Virus record (IMG/VR): IMGVR_UViG_3300022178_005855
Location: 1-47,670 of that record
Strand: one strand, 5' to 3'
Source of the DNA: a virus
Lineage: Duplodnaviria; Caudoviricetes
Length of the DNA: 47,670 nt
Numbering within the stretch: the first letter of the stretch is position 1; every line of letters begins with the position of its first letter. Below, piece after piece: positions 30,655-38,767 of the stretch. The notes beneath the pieces were generated by a model. That model was given only the letters and a program-made list of their open reading frames with translations. It was not told where the DNA came from and did no database searches. The position numbers and the translations under genes were made by a program.

Positions 30655-32024
30655 TGAGTAATATTAATAAGACATTTGTATTTGAGACTGTATTAATTAG
30701 TGGTGGTACAACTGGGACAACAGTTGAGTTCATAACAGGTGCTACATTTAATACTGGGTCTGGTGACTTAATTTTAGAAACTGTTTCTGGAAATACAATT
30801 AACGTACCTTTAGATGGTAGATACACTTTAACAGGTCACACACATAATATATCTGAAATAACTGGATTCACAGATAATTCAATTAATTGGGATATAGCTT
30901 ATGACGACTCAATTACTGGTATAACTGTAAGTGGTACTAACACAAAAACAATTACTCTTCAACAAAGAGACGGTAATATATTAACCACTAATTTCACCGA
31001 TAATTCAAATGATTCTAGTGACGTAGTTACGGGAATGACATTTAATACTGCAACAGGAGTGTTGGCATTAACAACGTTATCAGGTGATACAATAACCGAA
31101 GATTTAGATGGTAGATATGCTTTATCAGGTGATACAAGTACAAACACCGATGATTATGTTACAGGGGTTTCTTTTAACACTTCAAATGGGTTATTAGAAT
31201 TCACTAGATTATCTGGCGGTACATTTAACGTAGATTTAGATGATAGATATAGCCTAACAGGACATACACATGACTTATCATCATTAAATAATGACACAGG
31301 TTTTATAACAGGATTTACAGACACTAATAATAACGATTATTTAACTGGAGCCACATTTAACCCAAATGATGGGGTATTGAGTTTAAATTTATTATCAGGT
31401 TCAACAGTTCAAGTTGATTTAGATAATAGATATGCTTTATCAGGTGATACAAGTACAAATACCGATGATTATGTAACTTCAGCATCATTTAATGCCTTAA
31501 ACGGTATTCTTGAATTGACTAGAATTTCAGGTTCGACAGTTCAAGTTGATTTAGATAATAGATATACTTTATCAGGTGATACAAGTACAAATACCGATGA
31601 TTATGTAACTAGTGGTGATTTTAATATAACTACTGGTGATGTAACTTTGACTATGTTATCAGGTGGTACTGTTGTTTATAATTTAGATAATAGATATGCG
31701 TTATCAGGTGATACAAGTGCTAATACTGATGATTATTTAACTGGGGCTACCTTTAATACATCTGATGGTGTATTAGAATTTAATAGATTATCAGGTGGTA
31801 CCGTTCAAGTAAATTTAGATGATAGGTATTTTATTGGTGGACCAATAACATTTTCATGTGAAACCTCTGGCACTACAACTTACATTGGTTATGGTGAAAT
31901 TAATGCTTGTAAGATAAGAAAAATGGACACTATTTCTGGGTCCACATATACAGCATTTTGGTCAAATGGAGAAGAGACGTTAGATAAATTATGGTCAAAT
32001 AGGTTAAGTTATTTGTATTTTTAA
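30654..32024 (+). CDS. Virion protein built from the DDY...LDxRY repeat
   Basis: About 8 repeats with ALSGDTSTNT linkers. Shares the NWDxAY.DSITG...KTITLQQ block with the giant fibre. Confidence 0.75.
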   Translation: MSNINKTFVFETVLISGGTTGTTVEFITGATFNTGSGDLILETVSGNTINVPLDGRYTLTGHTHNISEITGFTDNSINWDIAYDDSITGITVSGTNTKTITLQQRDGNILTTNFTDNSNDSSDVVTGMTFNTATGVLALTTLSGDTITEDLDGRYALSGDTSTNTDDYVTGVSFNTSNGLLEFTRLSGGTFNVDLDDRYSLTGHTHDLSSLNNDTGFITGFTDTNNNDYLTGATFNPNDGVLSLNLLSGSTVQVDLDNRYALSGDTSTNTDDYVTSASFNALNGILELTRISGSTVQVDLDNRYTLSGDTSTNTDDYVTSGDFNITTGDVTLTMLSGGTVVYNLDNRYALSGDTSANTDDYLTGATFNTSDGVLEFNRLSGGTVQVNLDDRYFIGGPITFSCETSGTTTYIGYGEINACKIRKMDTISGSTYTAFWSNGEETLDKLWSNRLSYLYF

Positions 32025-32081
32025 TAAATATTACATATTTATAATAAACATAAAAAAGTAAAAATTAAAAACAATTAAAAC

Positions 32082-33758
32082 ATGGCAATATTAGACACGG
32101 ACGTATCGATTGCATCAAATGGTGACATTAGATGGACGGGTGGTGCGACTACAAATTACACAGTACTTGAGTTACACAGATTTTTAGGCGCATTAGCGGA
32201 TGATGCTTCTTCAATAAACGATGATTTTGTGGATATCACAAGTGATACACCTTCTGATAGAAGTACGGATAATATTATCACACTTCTTGGAAATTATAAC
32301 ATCGATGATACGATGGGCGAACATTTATTTGATGGTTCTATTTCTCAAGCTTCTGGTGCTGAATTATATTCAGGATTAAGAGTGTTAGGTGCTGTAAATA
32401 ACATCAATACACAAATAATGGTAATCCAAAATAACGATTTATACCAATTTACCACTACTGATACAGCTCCTTTCTGGGGTGACCAATCAACTGGTGGTTT
32501 TAATGGTGATGCCCCATCGGGTATCTTATTCCGTTGTTTAATTAAATCAAGAACTGGTGGTAGTGATATTGATGGTAAAAGAATTAGAGTGCAAGCGAGA
32601 CATTGGGGAGATACTTATGATTTCTTCAACGTGACACTTGGACAAGGTGAGTCGGTGGCTGCCCTAGGTACAACACCAGATGCACAAAATACAACTGCTT
32701 ATTCAGGTGTAACAGGTTATACACACACAACAAACTTAAACGAAGGTTACAACCTTATTGATTTAAATAACGGTGCGGGTGACCAACCTTATTACTCATT
32801 ATGGACTTATGGTGCTGACACTTCAGGTGATGGGCTTAAAGGACTTTGGGAATATATTAAATACTCTTCTGGTAATGGAACTACTGAAACTCTTTATGGA
32901 CAACCAGGTGAATTATTCTTAGGTGTAACTCACGAAATCCTTATAAACACAGTAACAGGAATATGGCAAGAACCAGAAGTGGTTGGATGGGCTACAGGTA
33001 CTGCAAACTTATTAGCAATTGATAGTACGACTAGTGGTACAATTATGTGGGTACAACTTTTAACTGGTATACTTCCATCTACTGAATCAATTTCAGGTGT
33101 AACATCAACAGCAACGGCAATTTCAAGTACAACCGCAGCTAAAACGGTTCCTAAGACTTTCTTAGGTTCATATACAGGTTCACTTATTGGTGCATTTGGT
33201 GTGGGTGTTGATGATGGAGATTTAGTAGCGACTGATACAATTCAAGATTTATCAGGTAGTACACAAATTCCACCTAACAACGTTACATTTACTGTTTCAA
33301 GTCTTGAAATAGCTGAAGATAGAATCTTGGTAGGACCAAGAAGTGGTGGTGTACTTCAAATAGACCAAATGGCTTCAACTGCTGCTTCTTCTGGAGCTGG
33401 TACAATTGTTATGCAAGCTTCAATCCCTATTGATACTCCAGCTATTGGTACTATCAGAGTATTAGGTGATTTAGGTGTTTATAATAGAATACCATATACT
33501 TCATATGCAGGTTCAACATTTACATTGACTGGGACACTTCCTGATGACGTAACTAACGGTGCTAATGCATATGTATCATATATTGATAAAGATGTTGCTG
33601 CGACCTCTGAATCCTTCACAACGGTATTCGATGCTCCAAGAGATTTATTTGTTAGAGTTAGAGATGGTAAGGTAACGCCAATTAAAACGTTTGAATCAGC
33701 GGGTACTTTGGGTGCTGCGGGTGGTTCAACGGTAGCTTCTAGGATTACGGATGAGTAA
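32082..33758 (+). CDS. Putative virion structural protein
   Basis: Acidic, T/G/S-rich 558-aa ORF. TATTTATA at 32036-32043. Confidence 0.65.
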   Translation: MAILDTDVSIASNGDIRWTGGATTNYTVLELHRFLGALADDASSINDDFVDITSDTPSDRSTDNIITLLGNYNIDDTMGEHLFDGSISQASGAELYSGLRVLGAVNNINTQIMVIQNNDLYQFTTTDTAPFWGDQSTGGFNGDAPSGILFRCLIKSRTGGSDIDGKRIRVQARHWGDTYDFFNVTLGQGESVAALGTTPDAQNTTAYSGVTGYTHTTNLNEGYNLIDLNNGAGDQPYYSLWTYGADTSGDGLKGLWEYIKYSSGNGTTETLYGQPGELFLGVTHEILINTVTGIWQEPEVVGWATGTANLLAIDSTTSGTIMWVQLLTGILPSTESISGVTSTATAISSTTAAKTVPKTFLGSYTGSLIGAFGVGVDDGDLVATDTIQDLSGSTQIPPNNVTFTVSSLEIAEDRILVGPRSGGVLQIDQMASTAASSGAGTIVMQASIPIDTPAIGTIRVLGDLGVYNRIPYTSYAGSTFTLTGTLPDDVTNGANAYVSYIDKDVAATSESFTTVFDAPRDLFVRVRDGKVTPIKTFESAGTLGAAGGSTVASRITDE

Positions 33759-33787
33759 TTAGAGATTAAATTAAAATACTTTACAAT

Positions 33788-33826
33788 TATCCTTATCTTA
33801 TTATATTTATTAATAAGATAAGGATA
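33788..33826. promoter_or_regulatory. Perfect 16-bp inverted repeat whose 7-nt loop is TATTTAT
   Basis: TATCCTTATCTTATTA-TATTTAT-TAATAAGATAAGGATA. Confidence 0.7.
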
Positions 33827-33833
33827 TTTTTTT

Positions 33834-34292
33834 ATGGAAAAATCAAATAAAAGTAAAGAATGTGGGGATTGCACGTTATGTTGTGAGTTATTACCAATAC
33901 CAGAGATAAATAAACCAGCGAGTGTTATGTGTGGTGATTGTATCTTAAGTAAAGGTTGTGGTATTTATAATAGTAGACCTAATTCTTGTAGAAATTTTAA
34001 TTGTCTATATTTAGACTCAGATGATATGGATATAAGTTTACGACCTAACGAATGTAGGGTGACTTTTGAAAAAGTAACCACTAAAATATATTTTGGGATT
34101 GAATTACCAAAAGATATAGGTTCTTGTAAAACTCCAATTGTAAGTCAATACATTAAGAGTTTGAATGAAAGTGGTATATCGGTAGTAATTTCATCTTTTA
34201 CAAATACACCAAATGAATACTTTTTAGCTGAAGGTCATAAAAAGGAAATCATAGAAAAAATAATAATGAACGAATATAATAAAGTTAACTAA
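33834..34292 (+). CDS. YkgJ-like CxxCxxCC cysteine-cluster (Zn/Fe-S) protein
   Basis: ECGDCTLCC...C...CGIYNSRPNSCRNFNC. Confidence 0.8.
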   Translation: MEKSNKSKECGDCTLCCELLPIPEINKPASVMCGDCILSKGCGIYNSRPNSCRNFNCLYLDSDDMDISLRPNECRVTFEKVTTKIYFGIELPKDIGSCKTPIVSQYIKSLNESGISVVISSFTNTPNEYFLAEGHKKEIIEKIIMNEYNKVN

Positions 34293-36121
34293 TGGCAGCA
34301 GCAGTATACGCAACAGATTTGTTGACATATAAAGATATGACAACCGTAACGGGTATAGTCGAACCAACTGGAATGCTACAATTAAATGGTTCTGGTGAAG
34401 TTGATTCGGATTTAGCAATTTACGGTACTGTGTGTGTATCCGAGGCTATGAGAAAATCAGGTTTAGGTGCTTTGGTTTATACGGGAACACAACCAACTTG
34501 GACTGCTGGTGAAACTTGTTATTTTGTGTGGTTTAAATGGTTCGCACCAAACGCATTGGGTACAAAAGCACAAGGTGGTTTACGAATGTTGGTTGGTAAT
34601 ACGAGTGCAAATTACAGAGGATGGTACGTGGGTGGTTCAGGGACTTATGCATATGGTGGTTGGTTAAACTTTGTAGTAGACCCAACAGAAACGGGATTAG
34701 CGACTCAAACACAGGGTTCACCAAACACAACATATAATACCATTGGTGTGGGTGTTAACTGCCCAACACAATCACCAGCAAAGGGTAACTCATATACAAT
34801 AGATATAATCAGATATGGTAGGGGTGAAGTACGATTTACCAACGGAGATTTGGCAAATGGGTATGCAACTTTCGATGAAATGGCGGTAGTAAATGATAAT
34901 CCAACAACTGGGCGTTGGGGATTGTTTCAAGATGTAGGTGGTTCATATTTATGGAAAGGGTTGATGAGTTTAGGGTTGTCAGGTACTTTGGTAGATATGA
35001 GAGATTCCAACGTTGTAATAAATATTGAAGATACCGAAATGGTTTCAACTTCATTTAATAGAATAGAAGTTAATAACGCATCATCAAATGTATTATGGGA
35101 ATCCATAAATATATCAGCTTTAGGTACTCGTTCTAAAGGTGAGTTTGAAATGATTGATAACGCTGGATTTACTGTTGACACTTGCACTTTTACTGATATG
35201 AGTACTTTTATATTTCAATCTAATGCGGTAATTAATAACGTATCATTTATTAGATGTGAGTTAGTTACCCAAGGTGGGTCAACAATAGACCAGTCAACTT
35301 TCGATAATTGTACTGCATCTGCGTCAGTATTATCAACCGATTTAGGGCTAATTACCGATTGTTCATTTATTAGTGATGGTTCTAATCACGCTGTAGAATT
35401 GAATACTGTTGGTGATGGTACAATGGATTGGGATAATACATTAGAAGGTTATGTGGTTGGAGTTTCAGCTTCGCCAGCTTCTACAAGTTCAACAGGAAAT
35501 GAAGCGATATACGTAAACGTGGGTTCTGGTACATTAACTATTAATGTTGGAGCTGGATATACTATACCATCAATTAGAACTGCTGGGGCGACTGTAAATG
35601 TGGTTGCGGGGCAAGTTACAACAACAATAACTGTAACAGATATTTCAACTGGATTGGCAGTTAATGCAGCTAGAGTGGCTGTCGGAGCTTTTTCTGGTGG
35701 TTCAGAGAATTATCGAGAAAGTGTGACAATCACCAATGCGGCTACAACAGCAACAGTAACACATACAGCACATGGTTTAACAACTGGTGATAAAGTTAAT
35801 ATAATAGGTGCTACCTTAGATGAATATAACGGAATTAAAACGATTACGGTCACAACGGTAAATGCTTATACATACACAACATCTGGTAGTCCAACATCTC
35901 CAGCAGTTGGGACAATCACATCTACCACTATATTTGTAGATGGGGTTACTAACGCTTCTGGTGTGATAACAGATACTAGGTCAATAGCTTCGTCTCAACC
36001 CATTAGAGGTAGGGTAAGAAGAGCAACAACGGGTGATTTATATAAAACGTCACCAATAAGTGCTACAATAGATAATATATCAGGGTTGAACCTAAATGTT
36101 CAAATGATTCCTGATGAGTAA
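34292..36121 (+). CDS. Putative virion structural protein (beta-helix-like middle, AHGLTTGD beta-barrel near C-terminus)
   Basis: CTF/VSF/STF/CSF periodicity and ATVTHTAHGLTTGDKVNIIGA...YNG motif seen in phage structural proteins. Confidence 0.6.
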   Translation: MAAAVYATDLLTYKDMTTVTGIVEPTGMLQLNGSGEVDSDLAIYGTVCVSEAMRKSGLGALVYTGTQPTWTAGETCYFVWFKWFAPNALGTKAQGGLRMLVGNTSANYRGWYVGGSGTYAYGGWLNFVVDPTETGLATQTQGSPNTTYNTIGVGVNCPTQSPAKGNSYTIDIIRYGRGEVRFTNGDLANGYATFDEMAVVNDNPTTGRWGLFQDVGGSYLWKGLMSLGLSGTLVDMRDSNVVINIEDTEMVSTSFNRIEVNNASSNVLWESINISALGTRSKGEFEMIDNAGFTVDTCTFTDMSTFIFQSNAVINNVSFIRCELVTQGGSTIDQSTFDNCTASASVLSTDLGLITDCSFISDGSNHAVELNTVGDGTMDWDNTLEGYVVGVSASPASTSSTGNEAIYVNVGSGTLTINVGAGYTIPSIRTAGATVNVVAGQVTTTITVTDISTGLAVNAARVAVGAFSGGSENYRESVTITNAATTATVTHTAHGLTTGDKVNIIGATLDEYNGIKTITVTTVNAYTYTTSGSPTSPAVGTITSTTIFVDGVTNASGVITDTRSIASSQPIRGRVRRATTGDLYKTSPISATIDNISGLNLNVQMIPDE

Positions 36122-36135
36122 AAAATTAAAAAATT

Positions 36136-36477
36136 ATGGAAGATAAAAATATGGAACATTTAATTAAATCAGAACATATCGAAGATGATATCAAAGATGA
36201 TTTATTATTGGATATTGAAGAATTAAGGTATAAGCATATCGTACTTAGAAATTTACAAAAAACTGCAATATTAGCGATTGAAAAATTAGAAGTTAAAGAA
36301 GTCGATTTAACAAACGAGATTATTAAGTTAAAGGAATCTATAACATCCTTAACTGAAACTAATATCATTAACCAAAAGTTAATGATTGGTGCATTAACTA
36401 ACAATAATGATATGAAAGAAGATTATAGGAATAGAATACAAAATTTAGAACAAGAATTATTAAAATTCAAACAATAA
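36136..36477 (+). CDS. Hypothetical coiled-coil protein
   Basis: Heptad-like L/I, E/K-rich sequence. Confidence 0.6.
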   Translation: MEDKNMEHLIKSEHIEDDIKDDLLLDIEELRYKHIVLRNLQKTAILAIEKLEVKEVDLTNEIIKLKESITSLTETNIINQKLMIGALTNNNDMKEDYRNRIQNLEQELLKFKQ

Positions 36478-36487
36478 TAAAAAGTAA

Positions 36488-38446
36488 ATGGCAATAACAA
36501 TAACTTGGTCAACTAGAGTAATTAATATTCCTAAAGCTGATTTAACTCTAAAGCAAACAACACCGATTGAAATTAGAGAATTAAATATCAACGATTTTAG
36601 GTTAACATTAAAGGCTTTAGAAGATAATGAAGATGGAATAGCGTACCCTAATACCCATGTACATAATACTGAGGTATTATTGGGTGGTATTGTATATGCT
36701 AGAGTTATTGAAATTATTAATGGTTATACCATGACATTTGAAGATGGTCAATATGCTGTTAATTTAATTGGGGCAAATAGTAATCTTGGTGATGTGGTTA
36801 ATTTAAATCAAGTTTCTATTCGTTCAGCGAATGCTGCTGGTCTTATTTCCAATCAAGCGATTGAATTTTCTTCATATAACGGTGGGGTAACACTAGATTT
36901 TATTAACGGAACGAATGGAACTGTTTTCCCTAGAGGTACACCGCAATTACCTGTTAATAACGTACCTGATGCCGTATTGATTGCCGAGTTAAGGGGGTTT
37001 AATACAATTTACGTAAGGGGTGATTATACTTTTGATACTGGAGATAATTTAGAGGGTTATATTATTATTGGTCAATCAGCAGAAAAAACTTTTCTAACGT
37101 TTAATACGGGTGCATTAATAAGTGAAATTAATTTATTCAACGCAACAATTACTGGTGTATTCGATAATTCAGCCAACTTTAATGATTCACATATCATCGA
37201 TGTCGAGACCGTTGAGGGGACGTTTCAACGTTGTATATTAGAGGGTATAATTACTTTAGGTAGTCTTAGTGGTCTTACGTCATTCATAGATTGTAATGAT
37301 GGGTTGGTTCTTGATGGGAATTCACCTGCAATTGATTTTAATGGTGGTGGAAATAGTTTAGCTATCAGAAATTATTCTGGTGATATCCATTTAAGAAATA
37401 AAAGTGGTCTTGAAAATGTTGAGATTAATATTGCCACTGGTGGGCATATTACGCTAGAGAATACGATTACTGGCGGTAATATTAGAATTACTGGGATAGC
37501 CGAAGTAACGGACAATTCAACAGGTACTACTTTGGTAGATGTGACACATGTAATTTTTCCTGACCAATTACAATTAGCAGCATTCAATGGTCATATCACC
37601 CTAAATACCAATAGTAGCGAAAGTGGTACTAAATTCCCCCTTGGAACGATTCAGCACCCAGTTAATAATATAGTTGATGCATTAACAATATTAAATACTC
37701 GTGGGTTACATGAAATATTATTTGAAGGTACGCTATCTCTTACAGATATAGATGTCTCTGATATAACATTAATTGGTGAAAATAATTTAAATAGCTTTGT
37801 ATTGTTTGTATCAGGTAATACTACCAATAGGACCACCATTAAAAATACCATAGTATCTGGTGAGTTTGGTGGTTATTTATTTATTGACGGTTGTGCCTTG
37901 CAAAACATATCGAATGTTGGTTCTACAGTTTTCCCAACAATATTTAGGGATTGTATAGTTAGGGGTGATGTGGGCGTTACACCAGCGATTCAATTAAATA
38001 ACATTGTTGGTGGTCAAAATATACATCTCATTAATTGTGTTAGTGGTGTACCAGGTCAGGGTACTGTGACATTGGATGTTAACAATTCAGATATACCAAT
38101 AGCATTTAGAAAATATGGTGGTGGTGTTAAATTGATAAATATTACGGGGGCACAAGATAACACATTTGAATTCGACCAAGGGCAAATCGTGATAGATAGT
38201 TCTTGTACTAGTGGTAAAGTTAGGTTAGGTGGTATTTATAAATTAACTGATAATGGAGCCCTAACAATAGAAGAAAGAAATAAAAGTATCTCGGATGCAG
38301 TTTGGGATGAAAACGTTATAAGTGGTCACACTACTACAGATTCAGCTGGGAAAGTATTATCTGATATCACATCAAAAAGTGATGATATTCAACATTCAGT
38401 TAATGTTAATTCTGAATTATTAAAACTCAAACCAAATAACCCATAA
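36488..38446 (+). CDS. Putative virion structural protein with a two-fold internal duplication
   Basis: YNGGVTLD...GTVFPRGTPQLPVNNVPDA recurs as FNGHITLN...GTKFPLGTIQHPVNNIVDA. Confidence 0.65.
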   Translation: MAITITWSTRVINIPKADLTLKQTTPIEIRELNINDFRLTLKALEDNEDGIAYPNTHVHNTEVLLGGIVYARVIEIINGYTMTFEDGQYAVNLIGANSNLGDVVNLNQVSIRSANAAGLISNQAIEFSSYNGGVTLDFINGTNGTVFPRGTPQLPVNNVPDAVLIAELRGFNTIYVRGDYTFDTGDNLEGYIIIGQSAEKTFLTFNTGALISEINLFNATITGVFDNSANFNDSHIIDVETVEGTFQRCILEGIITLGSLSGLTSFIDCNDGLVLDGNSPAIDFNGGGNSLAIRNYSGDIHLRNKSGLENVEINIATGGHITLENTITGGNIRITGIAEVTDNSTGTTLVDVTHVIFPDQLQLAAFNGHITLNTNSSESGTKFPLGTIQHPVNNIVDALTILNTRGLHEILFEGTLSLTDIDVSDITLIGENNLNSFVLFVSGNTTNRTTIKNTIVSGEFGGYLFIDGCALQNISNVGSTVFPTIFRDCIVRGDVGVTPAIQLNNIVGGQNIHLINCVSGVPGQGTVTLDVNNSDIPIAFRKYGGGVKLINITGAQDNTFEFDQGQIVIDSSCTSGKVRLGGIYKLTDNGALTIEERNKSISDAVWDENVISGHTTTDSAGKVLSDITSKSDDIQHSVNVNSELLKLKPNNP

Positions 38447-38471
38447 TTATTTCATATTTATATAAGTGAGG

Positions 38472-38621
38472 TTATTCACCGTATAAGTCAGTTGGTTTTT
38501 TACAAGTATCTTTAATTATTTTCTCAACAAAGCCGAACATTTTTAATCCATGTTCTTCACAATAATCTTTTAATATTTTGTGAGTTGTAGGAGTTATTTT
38601 TAAGTTTTTAGACCGCTTCAT
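38472..38621 (-). CDS. Small ribbon-helix-helix DNA-binding protein (49 aa, not in ORF track)
   Basis: Hand translation MKRSKNLKITPTTHKILKDYCEEHGLKMFGFVEKIIKDTCKKPTDLYGE: alternating beta strand, helix, G turn, helix. Confidence 0.7.
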   Translation of the reverse strand: MKRSKNLKITPTTHKILKDYCEEHGLKMFGFVEKIIKDTCKKPTDLYGE

Positions 38622-38636
38622 AAGGCTTTTCTATAT

Positions 38637-38695
38637 AAGTATGACAAAAGTATGACAAAAAACCTACTAATTATGATGTATTACATACATCATAA
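38637..38695. promoter_or_regulatory. Operator-like direct and inverted repeats
   Basis: AAGTATGACAA x2 (38637-38658) and TTATGATGTA-ttaca-TACATCATAA (38671-38695). Confidence 0.6.
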
Positions 38696-38767
38696 AAACT
38701 TTTGGTAAAAAATTACATATTTATTTAGAAATAAGTAATTACAACAAAAAAAATAAAAATAATTTAA

